Shown here: positions 26,589 to 36,249 of the stretch, in pieces | How the letters are laid out: every line of letters starts with the position of its first letter | How positions within the stretch are numbered: position 1 is the stretch's first letter | NCBI GenBank assembly: GCA_964486505.1 | Contig: CAZAMC010000002.1 | Location: 1,656 to 65,655, forward strand | Reading direction: 5' to 3' | Origin: an uncultured Gammaproteobacteria bacterium | Lineage (GTDB): Bacteria > Patescibacteriota > Patescibacteriia > PEXW01 | DNA: 64,000 bases | Made by a program: the position numbers and the translations under genes | Notes under the pieces: model-generated | Seen by the model: only the letters and a program-made list of their open reading frames with translations | What the model was told of the DNA's origin: nothing | Database searches by the model: none

Positions 26589-28910
26589 ATGGCTCAACGT
26601 CCGAAAAATCCTGATCAAACTGCGCGCCCGAAAGACGAACCGCAGCCCGCTTCACTGCCCGTGGAACGCGGCCGTCAGACCGAAGGTGGTGCACGGAAAT
26701 CTCGCAGTGGCGACCTCAAGCAAAGTCGGGCACCGCTGAAGCCCGAAACTCGGCAGGGGGTGGCCGTAACGATCCTCGTCGCCGTAGCCATCATTAGCGT
26801 TCTGGGACTTTTTGGTTTAGCCGGAAGTTTTGGCGCGGGCTTTGATAGTGTTCTCCGGTGGCTGTTTGGCTGGGCGCGCTTCGCTTTCCCCATCGTCCTA
26901 GTCGTCTGGTCGAGCTTCCTCTACCGACCGCAGAAGTTCACGCTTCGTCCGGCAAATTACGTTGGCCTCTTCGTGGGGTGGTTTGGCTTTGCCGGACTAC
27001 TTCAGCTCTTCGTGCCGGTGGCCAGCATGGCAGACCGGCTCGGTGACGGAACCGGTGGGGGTGCTTTTGGACTCTTGGTGGCCTGGCCGCTCATGCGCGC
27101 GATGGGCTACGTAGCCAGCACGGTCGTGCTCTTGGCGATGTTTGTGATTGGCCTGCTCATCATGTTCGACACCTCCCTCTCCACCTTGGCGGAGCGGGGG
27201 AACATCTTCAAGCGTTTGCGCTTGCGCTGGTTGCACTTCATCGATCGACTGCACGCCAATCATCCGGTGGAGGAGATTCCACCGCCGCCGCTTGAGACCG
27301 ACGAGGAGCCTACCGAGCCGCCGATTCCCTTTGACGCGAAAGATCTGCCTGACACACCATCAACCGCGACTCCAGCGGCACCGAAGACTGACTTTATCCC
27401 GAAGCCAAAGGTGCGGCGGAAGATTAGCTACGACCTCGGCCTCCTGGACGCTACCGCCTCGAAACCCACGAGCGGAGACATTGTTGCCAACCAGGACAGG
27501 ATTAAAAAAACCCTGGCGAACTTTGGCATTGACGTAGAGATGGTGGATGTGAACGTCGGGCCCACGGTCACGCAGTTCACGCTCCGGCCCGCCGATGGGG
27601 TGAAGCTCAACTCCATAACGAGCCTGCACAACGACCTGGCCTTGGCTTTGGCGGCCCACCCCATTCGTATTGAAGCGCCAATCCCCGGGAAAGCGTTGGT
27701 GGGCATTGAAGTGCCTAACCAGGCCGCCGCCACCGTCCGCCTGGTGGATATTTTGAAGTCCAAGAGCTTTTCCGAACGCCGTTCACCCCTTACGGTTGCC
27801 ATTGGGAAGAGCGTGACCGGCGAATCCTGGACCGCCGATGTGGACCGCATGCCCCACATGCTCATTGCCGGGGCGACGGGTTCCGGGAAGTCCGTGTGTA
27901 TCAATGCTATCCTCCTCTCGCTCCTCTATGAGAACGGTCCGGATGACCTGAAGCTCATCCTGGTGGACCCCAAGCGCGTGGAGCTGACGAACTACAATGG
28001 CATCCCGCACTTGCTCACGCCAGTTATTACCGAGGTGCCGAAGACCATCAATGCCCTCCGCTGGGTGGTGAACGAAATGGATCGGCGGTTCCAGCTGCTC
28101 TCCAGCGTCGGGAAGCGGAATATTCAGGCGTATAACCAGAGCCACCCCGAACCGTTGCCCTACTTGGTGGTGGTCATTGATGAACTCGCCGATCTCATGG
28201 CCGTGGCGGCCCGGGAAGTGGAAGCCGCGATTATCCGCTTGGCTCAAATGGCCCGCGCCGTTGGCATACACCTCATTGTCGCGACGCAACGTCCGTCGGT
28301 GGATGTCATTACGGGGCTCATCAAAGCCAACATCACTACGCGCATTGCCTTTACTGTGGCCTCCGCGATTGACTCGCGAACCATCCTCGATTCGCCGGGC
28401 GCCGAAAAATTGCTCGGCCGGGGTGACATGCTCTTCTCTTCTACCGAACTGTCTAAGCCCAAGCGCTTGCAAGGGTGCTTTGTGACGGATAAGGAAATTG
28501 AACGGGTGGTGGCCGCGCTCTCGCAGCAGGCCAAACCAGAGTACATTGACGACATTGTCACCAAGCCCCAGGGCCTCATTGGCACGAACGGCGGTGTGAT
28601 GGTGGGAGAGCCCCTGGGTGACGAGGGTGACGATGAACTGCTGGAAGAGGCAAAAGATGTCATCCTGCGTGCCCAGAAGGCGTCCGCTTCGTTGCTTCAG
28701 CGCCGGCTGCGTGTGGGGTACGCTCGGGCGGCTCGGTTGCTAGATTTGTTGGAAGAGCAGGGGGTCATTGGCCCTGGCGACGGCGCGAAGCCGCGAGAAG
28801 TGCTGCTCAAACGGGATGTGAATGCCGACATTCCGGTTCCGGATAGTGATGTGGACAGCGCTGACGGTGAAGACAGCGACACGCCCGACGACGCCCAAAG
28901 ATTCGCATGA
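26589..28910 (+). CDS. ftsK: DNA translocase FtsK/SpoIIIE
   Basis: N-terminal TMs, PHMLIAGATGSGKS, DPKRVEL, ATQRPSVDVITG, gamma domain SLLQRRLRVGYARAARL. Confidence 0.96.
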   Translation: MAQRPKNPDQTARPKDEPQPASLPVERGRQTEGGARKSRSGDLKQSRAPLKPETRQGVAVTILVAVAIISVLGLFGLAGSFGAGFDSVLRWLFGWARFAFPIVLVVWSSFLYRPQKFTLRPANYVGLFVGWFGFAGLLQLFVPVASMADRLGDGTGGGAFGLLVAWPLMRAMGYVASTVVLLAMFVIGLLIMFDTSLSTLAERGNIFKRLRLRWLHFIDRLHANHPVEEIPPPPLETDEEPTEPPIPFDAKDLPDTPSTATPAAPKTDFIPKPKVRRKISYDLGLLDATASKPTSGDIVANQDRIKKTLANFGIDVEMVDVNVGPTVTQFTLRPADGVKLNSITSLHNDLALALAAHPIRIEAPIPGKALVGIEVPNQAAATVRLVDILKSKSFSERRSPLTVAIGKSVTGESWTADVDRMPHMLIAGATGSGKSVCINAILLSLLYENGPDDLKLILVDPKRVELTNYNGIPHLLTPVITEVPKTINALRWVVNEMDRRFQLLSSVGKRNIQAYNQSHPEPLPYLVVVIDELADLMAVAAREVEAAIIRLAQMARAVGIHLIVATQRPSVDVITGLIKANITTRIAFTVASAIDSRTILDSPGAEKLLGRGDMLFSSTELSKPKRLQGCFVTDKEIERVVAALSQQAKPEYIDDIVTKPQGLIGTNGGVMVGEPLGDEGDDELLEEAKDVILRAQKASASLLQRRLRVGYARAARLLDLLEEQGVIGPGDGAKPREVLLKRDVNADIPVPDSDVDSADGEDSDTPDDAQRFA

Positions 28911-29590
28911 CCGCTTTCGCCCGTCGAGAACTGCCACCAGATACGTTAGGCGAGGCCCTCAAGCAAGTGCGTGAGGACATGGGCCTCACCACAAGTGAAC
29001 TCGCCAGCCGAGCGCGCGTCCAAGAGAAGTACATTGCGGCCATTGAAGCGGGTCGCTACGACCACACCCCCGGCCCGGCTTACGTCCGCGGTTTTTTGCA
29101 AAGCCTTGCTCTGGCGTTAGAACTTTCACCCGACGTTGTCCTCGCTCGGTATGCGGCTGACCCGACCGGCGGCATTGGGGGCGAACGAACCTCCAGCCCA
29201 GGGCCAACCGCGCGGCCACTTGCCCAGCCGCGTTTTACCCATCGCACCATCCGCATCCTCGCCGTCAGTGTGGTAATTCTTGCGGCCCTCATGTACTTTG
29301 GCGTGCAGGTTCGAAACGTGGTTGCACCACCCCCCTTGGATGTCCGCGAGCCGGCGAGCGACGTCATTCTCACCGAGCCCCAGGTTACGCTCGTTGGGAC
29401 ATCGGCGCCGGAGGTGTCGGTGACGGTTAATGACAAGCCTGTGCAAGTGGATCGCAACGGTGCTTTTCAGGTGACCATCGATCTCCAGCCCGGGGTGAAC
29501 ACCCTTGTCGTTACCGCGGCCCGGAAGCGTAGCCGAGAGGCAAAGGTGGTCCGGCGGGTCATTGTCCAGCTGCCGGCTGTGGTACAATGA
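28907..29590 (+). CDS. RodZ-like HTH membrane protein with C-terminal Ig-like domain
   Basis: LGEALKQVRE...YIAAIEAG...YVRGFL HTH, central TM, LQPGVNTL; located between ftsK and recA. Confidence 0.82.
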   Translation: MTAFARRELPPDTLGEALKQVREDMGLTTSELASRARVQEKYIAAIEAGRYDHTPGPAYVRGFLQSLALALELSPDVVLARYAADPTGGIGGERTSSPGPTARPLAQPRFTHRTIRILAVSVVILAALMYFGVQVRNVVAPPPLDVREPASDVILTEPQVTLVGTSAPEVSVTVNDKPVQVDRNGAFQVTIDLQPGVNTLVVTAARKRSREAKVVRRVIVQLPAVVQ

Positions 29591-29643
29591 GTCGACCCCG
29601 CCACCTGGCGGGCGGATAAGAGGCGATTAACCCTACGAAATAT

Positions 29644-30693
29644 ATGCCTAAGCATAAAGCAGCGGAGCCCGCGGCCTTGTCTGGTGACGCCAAGCACAAG
29701 GCGGCGGCCCAAGCCATTGCCAACATTCAGGATCGCTTCGGCGAAGGAGCCATTATGACCCTGGCCAAGCAAACCGTGCAGAAGGTTGAAGCCGTTCCTA
29801 CCGGCTGCCTGTCCTTAGACCTCGCCCTGGGCGTGGGCGGAGTGCCTCGGGGCCGCGTTATTGAGATCTTCGGACCCGAAGCCTCGGGGAAGACCACGCT
29901 GACGCTGCACGTCATTGCCCAGGTGCAGAAGGAAGGCGGGATTGCCGCATTTGTCGACGCCGAGCACGCGCTGGATCCGGACTACGCCCGCAAAGTGGGT
30001 GTGAATGTGGATGAGTTGCTCATTTCTCAGCCGGATAACGGTGAGCAAGCGCTAGAAATCGTGGAAACGCTGGTGCGTAGCAATGGCGTAGACGTCATAG
30101 TCGTGGACTCGGTAGCTGCGCTCACCCCGAAGGCCGAAATTGAAGGCGAGATGGGGGACTCGCACATGGGCTTACAGGCTCGGCTCATGAGCCAGGCCCT
30201 GCGCAAGCTTACGGCCATCATCGCCAAGACCAAGACCGTGGTCATCTTCATCAACCAGACCCGCATGAAGATTGGCATCATGTTCGGCAATCCCGAAACC
30301 ACCACCGGCGGCATGGCTCTGAAGTTCTACTCCTCGGTCCGCATTGACGTCCGGCGTATTGCTCAGTTGAAGAGCGGGGAAGCAATCGTTGGCAACCGCG
30401 TGAAAGCCAAGATTGTGAAGAACAAAGTGGCCCCGCCGTTCCGCACGGCCGAGTTCGATATCATGTACGCCGAAGGCATTTCCGCCACGGCCGACCTCGT
30501 GGACCTCGGGCTGGCCCTGGGCGTGCTGGAGAAGACCGGCAACACGGTGAGCTTTGGGGAAATCAAGATCGGTGTCGGTCGTGAACAGGCCAAGACCTAT
30601 CTGAAGGAGAATCCGAAAGTCGCCAAAGAGCTCCGCACCGCCATTGAGAAGCGGGTGAAGGAGAAGGAATTGGAAGATAAGAAGGCAAGTTAA
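29644..30693 (+). CDS. recA: Recombinase A
   Basis: [42 protein letters not shown]; no intein. Confidence 0.98.
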   Translation: MPKHKAAEPAALSGDAKHKAAAQAIANIQDRFGEGAIMTLAKQTVQKVEAVPTGCLSLDLALGVGGVPRGRVIEIFGPEASGKTTLTLHVIAQVQKEGGIAAFVDAEHALDPDYARKVGVNVDELLISQPDNGEQALEIVETLVRSNGVDVIVVDSVAALTPKAEIEGEMGDSHMGLQARLMSQALRKLTAIIAKTKTVVIFINQTRMKIGIMFGNPETTTGGMALKFYSSVRIDVRRIAQLKSGEAIVGNRVKAKIVKNKVAPPFRTAEFDIMYAEGISATADLVDLGLALGVLEKTGNTVSFGEIKIGVGREQAKTYLKENPKVAKELRTAIEKRVKEKELEDKKAS

Positions 30694-31046
30694 TAACTCT
30701 CTACGTAGATATCGAACGCGTCCACAGAAAGGCGCGTTCGATTGATTGCCAAGACGTTTCTCCTGATTGTGGCCGTTGCCATGGGGGGGCGCTCGACATG
30801 CTTGACACCTCCGAAGGCACGGGCACGAAAGCGTTGCAGCTTATGCTCATGGGCATTGGTTTGATAGTCTTGGCCTGGGGGCTCCTTCGTAGAAGGCAAA
30901 AGTCCAATAATTTGCACGAGTGTCGCAAGCCGAGCTTCGATGAAAGCGCGGCTTTTTCTAAATCAGTTCTTCTTTGTTGACAAGTGGAAGGGCTGTGTTA
31001 AGGTAGCCAAAAATCAAAAAGGAGGTGGAACATTTCCAATCATAAG

Positions 31047-31691
31047 ATGTCACTGGATAGCAGAGAGCCTACGAGCGAGATTGCTCAAGACGTCAGTTGT
31101 ATAAATGGTTCGCGTTGGCGTATTGCTCTTGACATGCAGGGCCTCCGTGATTTTTTCGGAAGAGGAGGCAAGAGCCAACATGCTTTCTACATCGACTTGG
31201 CCTCAACCAAGCATTGGTTGATGCTCGGCAGTTACCGTCCAGGGCAGCGGGTGATTACGCTCTATCCCGCCACACTCCGCGTCTTTCGCGTTTACAGCGC
31301 GACAACGGAAGATGCGCAACATTCCGTTGCGAACCTACTTGCACATGAGCTCGCCCATGCTACAACACCAAGATGGGCCCTGAATGTTGAGCGAGCTATT
31401 ATCGCGGGCGCGATGCTTCTGTTCATTGCCGTCGGACAGTTTGTCTGGTATCGCAGCGCCGAGTACTACCATTTTCCATTTTGGTACATTGTTGCATTCC
31501 TGCTCCCTTTGCAGCTCTGGAGTGTCCTGTCCTTAGGATGGATCTGGTATCGGTACTGCTCGTTCCAGGAGTGGCGTGCTGACGCGTGCGCCAAGAGCTG
31601 GTGTGCTGACCCTGCCTTCCTTGATTGCGTGCGTGTGTCATGTCTACAGCAATCTGCACCGACCCTTTTGCAAAATCCCCCAAGTAATTGA
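31047..31691 (+). CDS. Putative membrane Zn-metallopeptidase (M48-like)
   Basis: LAHELAH, two TMs, then QEWRADA; own TTGACA promoter (30977) and terminator (31672-31701). Confidence 0.62.
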   Translation: MSLDSREPTSEIAQDVSCINGSRWRIALDMQGLRDFFGRGGKSQHAFYIDLASTKHWLMLGSYRPGQRVITLYPATLRVFRVYSATTEDAQHSVANLLAHELAHATTPRWALNVERAIIAGAMLLFIAVGQFVWYRSAEYYHFPFWYIVAFLLPLQLWSVLSLGWIWYRYCSFQEWRADACAKSWCADPAFLDCVRVSCLQQSAPTLLQNPPSN

Positions 31692-31711
31692 GGGATTTTT
31701 TATGTGTGTGA

Positions 31712-32281
31712 TTACTCTCCTGCTCGGGCGCTGTACTCGCCGGTTTCGGTGTTCACCAGGATTTTCTCGCCTTGCTTGATAAACATTGGGGCCCTCACTT
31801 CCAAACCGTTGTCCAGTTTGATGGTCTTGCTCGTGTTGGTGGCGGTGTCACCACGAACTGCATCTGGAGCTTCCACTACCGTGAATTCAACCTTCTTGGG
31901 GATCTGGATTGTCACCGGCCGGCCTTCGTAGTTCAGCACCTGGACTTCCAGGCCTTCCTTCAGGTACTTCGCCTGGTCGCCGAGCTGGTCATTGGACAGG
32001 AAGAACTGGTCGTAGGTGGTCTGGTCCATGAAGTAGTGCTCGCCATTCTGGACGTAGAGGTAGCTGGCTTTATTGCGTTCGAGGTCAGCTTCCTGGATTT
32101 TGTCATCGGGTTTGAACGTGAGCTCCAGCACGCGACCGGAAATGAGGTTGCGTAGCTTGGTGCGCATGACCGGCTTACGCATGGCGGTGCGCATGAAGTC
32201 AGACCACAGAACGACATAGGGTTCCTTCTCGTGGGTAATGGCGACCCCCACGCGGAGGTCATTCATCGTGAGCATGGACAT
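31712..32281 (-). CDS. efp: Elongation factor P
   Basis: TKLRNL, YLY...FMDQTTYDQ, VRGDTAT, PMFIKQGEKILVNTETGEY; atypical tip loop RTAMRKP. Confidence 0.93.
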   Translation of the reverse strand: MSMLTMNDLRVGVAITHEKEPYVVLWSDFMRTAMRKPVMRTKLRNLISGRVLELTFKPDDKIQEADLERNKASYLYVQNGEHYFMDQTTYDQFFLSNDQLGDQAKYLKEGLEVQVLNYEGRPVTIQIPKKVEFTVVEAPDAVRGDTATNTSKTIKLDNGLEVRAPMFIKQGEKILVNTETGEYSARAGE

Positions 32282-32354
32282 AGGCGCGGCAAATGAAAAG
32301 CGGAAGTCTTTGCAGAGCTTCCGCTTCGCGGAAACTCAAAGTTGGAAGCAGGAA

Positions 32355-32600
32355 TTACTTGGGCGTGTACCCCACCAGCGCCATAAACCGAGCCCGTTTG
32401 ATTGCTTCGGCGAGCATCCGCTGGTGGCGCATGCACAGGCCGGTGCGGCGGCGGGGGAGGATCTTGGAATACGAAGAAACAAACTTCTGGAAGCCGCGGG
32501 TTTCCTTGTAGTCAATGGTTTTTGTGCCAATGACGCAGTAGTGGCACTGCTTGGGTGTCGGAGCGGGAGCTTGCTTCTGGCGCTGGCGCATCAAGGGCAT
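32355..32600 (-). CDS. rpsR: 30S ribosomal protein S18 (Zn-binding form)
   Basis: CHYC...IDYK...KILPRRRTGLCMRHQR..AEAIKRARFMAL. Confidence 0.95.
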   Translation of the reverse strand: MPLMRQRQKQAPAPTPKQCHYCVIGTKTIDYKETRGFQKFVSSYSKILPRRRTGLCMRHQRMLAEAIKRARFMALVGYTPK

Positions 32601-32612
32601 GGGCAACAGGGT

Positions 32613-33032
32613 TTAGAAAGGGATATCGTCAACGTTCACTTCTGGCTCGGCCGCCGGTGCTTCCGGTGCGGGTGCTTCTGCCGCGGGGCCGGCAGTGCCG
32701 GGCTTGCGATCCAGGATAATGACGTTCTCGGCAACAATTTCGGTGCGGTACTTCTTCTGGCCGCTGGGGTCGTCCCAGGAACGGGTTTGCAGGCGGCCTT
32801 CCACGAATACCTTCGTACCCTTCTTAATATAGGCGCCAATTATTTCGGCGAGTTTGCGCCAGGCAACAACGCTGTGGAATTCTACTTGCTCTTTCTTCTG
32901 GCCGCTGGGGTCGGTCCAGGTGCGGTTCGTTGCAACACTGAAAAGCGCTACCTGCTGCCCACCCCCGGTGGTGCGCACGTCAGGATCGCGGGTGACATTG
33001 CCGATTACCATTGCTTTGTTGAGGTTCATCAT
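32613..33032 (-). CDS. ssb: Single-stranded DNA-binding protein
   Basis: LNKAMVIGNVTRDP, EGRLQTRSW, C-terminal DDIPF. Confidence 0.97.
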   Translation of the reverse strand: MMNLNKAMVIGNVTRDPDVRTTGGGQQVALFSVATNRTWTDPSGQKKEQVEFHSVVAWRKLAEIIGAYIKKGTKVFVEGRLQTRSWDDPSGQKKYRTEIVAENVIILDRKPGTAGPAAEAPAPEAPAAEPEVNVDDIPF

Positions 33033-33056
33033 AGGTTTACGTTCTTACACGGAGAG

Positions 33057-33560
33057 TTACTTAGCAATGTCCTCGTCGAGAATCTCGTCGATTTTCTTAT
33101 CAATATCTTCTAGCGTGAGCGGCGCTTCTTCCTTACGCGTGGGGGATTCGGCTTCCGCGGTGCGTTGCTCAGCTTCACGCTCTTGGCGAGCGGCTGCTTC
33201 CTCGCGTGACTTCCGGGCCTGGATCTTCTCCTGGATGCGGACTTCCTCTTCCAGTTCCTTGGCAGTCTTGAGCTTCGTCTTGACGGTCAAAAACCGCACA
33301 ATGTCGTTGCGGAGGGAAAGGTTGCGCTCAACACCCTGCAGGGCTTTGCCGTCCAGGTTAAAATCCAGGGCGACGTACGTCCCGAAGCGCTGCTTCTTTA
33401 CCGGGTAGGCGAGCTTGCGTTTGCCAATAACCGAGGTATTCAGCACTTCGCCACCAGCAGTGGCGACGGTGTCCCGAATGGTGTTGAGGATGTCCTGAGC
33501 GGCCTCTGGAGAGTGCTCGGCACCGACAATAGCGAGGAGTTCGTAGTGAAGCGTAGGCAT
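33057..33560 (-). CDS. rpsF: 30S ribosomal protein S6 with long C-terminal extension
   Basis: YELLAI, GKRKLAYPVKK, IVRFL; rpsF-ssb-rpsR gene order. Confidence 0.93.
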   Translation of the reverse strand: MPTLHYELLAIVGAEHSPEAAQDILNTIRDTVATAGGEVLNTSVIGKRKLAYPVKKQRFGTYVALDFNLDGKALQGVERNLSLRNDIVRFLTVKTKLKTAKELEEEVRIQEKIQARKSREEAAARQEREAEQRTAEAESPTRKEEAPLTLEDIDKKIDEILDEDIAK

Positions 33561-33586
33561 GACAAAAGTCCCGAAAAAGTAGGTGG

Positions 33587-33615
33587 AGCGTACCACCGGG
33601 TCGTCCAGGCGTCAA
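33587..33615 (-). promoter_or_regulatory. Promoter of rpsF-ssb-rpsR-efp
   Basis: TTGACG-N17-TACGCT on the minus strand. Confidence 0.65.
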
Positions 33616-33689
33616 GAGCCAGAGGGCCAGGCTTGCTCGGGTCTGCCAAACCCTTCGCGGACACCACAGCGACTTGCTACACTGCAGGC

Positions 33690-34931
33690 ATGGAACTGGG
33701 TTCAGCAATTGCACTCTTCGGTCGGGAGCCAACGCTTTCGGCGTGGGAATTGGTACGGCTGCTTAAGGTCCAAACGTTACCACTGCTTACTCGGGAGCTC
33801 GCCGTCTTCCCAAAGCCTGCAGGCCTGACGCTCGCCGCGCTCCAGCAGCGCAGTGGCGGCTTGGTGAAGGTGGGCACGGTCCACGGTACGGTTCGTGATC
33901 TCGCCGAACTTGAGCATGTCCTGGAGAAACGATGGCCCGACCTCATCCCAGCCGGCAGTACCGCCCGGGTGGCCTTTGGCGGGAGCGCGTACGATGCTGG
34001 CCAGGCGGTGAGCCGGTCACTCCGCAAGGACCTCACCGAACTCCTCCAGCGTCTGAAGCACAGTCTGGTGGCGCAGGGCCGAGCGGCTCGGCTCGTGACA
34101 TCGCGGGAGCCCACCCTGTCCGCTGCCGCGCTGACACAGGGGAAGATTCTGGATCGTGGTTTTGAATTGCTCGTGCTCGCCACGCCCTCGGGTTTGCTGT
34201 GGGGCACCACGGTGGCCATGCAAGATATCGCCGCCTACGGTAAACGGGACGTTGGTCGCCCGGCCCGTGATCGCGTATCCGGTATGCTCCCGCCCAAGGT
34301 TGCGCAGGCCATGGTGAATCTGGCGCAGCCCGGCGAGTCAGCAACACTCCTCGACCCCTTCTGTGGCTCCGGTACAATCTTGCAGGAAGCGGCGCTGCTG
34401 GGCATACGCACACTGTGGGGTGCTGACGTGAGTGGCAAGGCCGTGGCCGACACAGAAGAAAACATGGCGTGGTTGGCTCGCCACTTGCCCGCGCTTGCCG
34501 ACGCAGACGTGCGTGTGCAGCTTGGTGATGCGAAAGACAGCGCAAACGTGTGGGGCGCGAACACCGCAGACGTGATTGTGACTGAACCGTACCTTGGCCC
34601 GCCTCAACGGGGCACCCCCCAGGGCCGGGTGCTCCTGCCCCTGGTTTCTGCCCTTAGCCGGCAGTACGGCGTGTGGCTCCACGCCCTGGCCCGGGTCCTC
34701 AAACCGCAGGGGTGCGTGGTCATGGTCTGGCCGTTTTTCCGGGTGGAACCCCGCGGGTACTTCCTGCAGCTCCAGCAGGAAGCGCACAGTGCCGGCTTCA
34801 CGGTGGAGGCGCCACCCGAGCAGCTCCTGCAGCAGTCGTGGTTCCGGTCTACCCCGCGGGGGAGCGTTCTCTACAGCCGGCCGGACCAAATTGTGGGGCG
34901 GGAGATTGTCGTCTTGCACAAACGTGCGTAA
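33690..34931 (+). CDS. Trm11/UPF0020-like SAM-dependent RNA methyltransferase
   Basis: RDVGRP.RD..SGMLPPKVAQAMVN, LDPFCGSGT, IVTEPYLGP. Confidence 0.85.
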   Translation: MELGSAIALFGREPTLSAWELVRLLKVQTLPLLTRELAVFPKPAGLTLAALQQRSGGLVKVGTVHGTVRDLAELEHVLEKRWPDLIPAGSTARVAFGGSAYDAGQAVSRSLRKDLTELLQRLKHSLVAQGRAARLVTSREPTLSAAALTQGKILDRGFELLVLATPSGLLWGTTVAMQDIAAYGKRDVGRPARDRVSGMLPPKVAQAMVNLAQPGESATLLDPFCGSGTILQEAALLGIRTLWGADVSGKAVADTEENMAWLARHLPALADADVRVQLGDAKDSANVWGANTADVIVTEPYLGPPQRGTPQGRVLLPLVSALSRQYGVWLHALARVLKPQGCVVMVWPFFRVEPRGYFLQLQQEAHSAGFTVEAPPEQLLQQSWFRSTPRGSVLYSRPDQIVGREIVVLHKRA

Positions 34932-35895
34932 GCTTTTCGTCACTGTTTGTATTGGCATATTCTTCCCCCTCAGCGCTACCCAGGCGTATACGGTTGTTTT
35001 TGGTGGGGACGTTATGCTTGGGCGGGCCGTACGGGATCAGATTGTCCGGCGAGGGAGCAATAGTCCCGCTTGGGTCCTTTTGAATGTCGCGGAGGTCTTC
35101 CAGAAGGCCGACCTCGCCTTCGTTAACCTTGAGGCGCCATTTCAAACTGGACCCAACCCTGAGTACAATCTTATTTTTCGGGCTTCGCCCGAACACGTGA
35201 GTGCCCTTACGAGTGCCGGTATCGACGTTGTATCTTTTGCCAATAACCACAGCCGCAACCAAGGCGCGGCGGGGATTCGAACGACCTTGGACCTTTTGGG
35301 GAAGCGCCGTATTGCCGTGGCGGGCGCGGGGCTCACATCAAAACAGGCTTACGCCCCGCAGTACCTACGGGCTGCGTCACAGCCGGTGGCGGTGCTGGCG
35401 TACACCTACAGCGAGCGGACGCTGACTAAGGATAGTGCGCAGCCGACAATTGCCGCACTCGATACCACGGTTATGCAGGCCGAGGTTCACAAGGCTGTGC
35501 GGCGTGGTGCGTTTGTCATTGTGTCGATGCACGCGGGCGCAGAGTACACACGTACGCCCAATCGCCAACAGGTGGCATTTGCTCACGACGCTATTGATGC
35601 CGGCGCCGGGCTGGTGGTTGGCCATCACCCCCATTGGGCGCAGAATGTAGAGACCTACAGAGGCCGCCCGATTCTTTACTCCCTCGGTAACTTGGTCTTT
35701 GACCAAGGCTGGTCAGCTGAGACGCAGCAGGGGGCAGTCGCCGTGGCTCAAGTCGAGAACCGTCGGGTTGTTCGTCTGCAGCTTCGGCCCGTGAAGATTG
35801 AGCACTACGCCCAGCCTCGCTGGATGACCCCTGCAGAAGCCGCAGCCTTCTTCAGGCGGACCGGGCTTTCCAGCCGGCCGTACACGTACCAATAA
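34924..35895 (+). CDS. CapA (PGA_cap) family metallophosphatase, secreted
   Basis: GGDVMLGR, NLEAP, SFANNH, SMHAGAEY, GHHPH, YSLGNLVFDQ; GTG start and signal peptide. Confidence 0.9.
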   Translation: MRKLFVTVCIGIFFPLSATQAYTVVFGGDVMLGRAVRDQIVRRGSNSPAWVLLNVAEVFQKADLAFVNLEAPFQTGPNPEYNLIFRASPEHVSALTSAGIDVVSFANNHSRNQGAAGIRTTLDLLGKRRIAVAGAGLTSKQAYAPQYLRAASQPVAVLAYTYSERTLTKDSAQPTIAALDTTVMQAEVHKAVRRGAFVIVSMHAGAEYTRTPNRQQVAFAHDAIDAGAGLVVGHHPHWAQNVETYRGRPILYSLGNLVFDQGWSAETQQGAVAVAQVENRRVVRLQLRPVKIEHYAQPRWMTPAEAAAFFRRTGLSSRPYTYQ

Positions 35896-36249
35896 GAAAG
35901 CGCCGGGTCCTCGGAACCGGCGCTGAATGTGTTCGTACGAAGCTGTGCAGGGAAGCCTGCGGCCTATGCAGCATCACGCGGTTTACCGCGCGTGCTGAGA
36001 TGCGGATCACCTCCTCTCAGCCAATGGGGGGATTGGTTGGCCGTCCCGCTAGTGCGAGAGGCCGAGGGGTAGGAAGGAGATTGAATTCTCCGGGGCAAGC
36101 GTCGAAGCGCTGCCTGGGTGCCTGGGTTATAGCGGGATTCCGCGAAAGCCGCCTCCTTCTTCTCCGCAAGGGAGGGTAAGTGGTTTTCGGTACACCCAGC
36201 ATCGTGCTGGGGGTTATGGAAACGAACCGTTTCCTTTTCTCCAGTGTAA
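35891..36249 (-). ncRNA. Candidate ~350-nt structured RNA displaying a 16S-3'-end-complementary sequence
   Basis: Promoter TTGACG-N17-TAGGTT (36284-36256); at least 9 stems; AGGAGGTGATCC at 36015-36004; terminator 35924-35899 followed by TTCTTATT. Confidence 0.55.
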
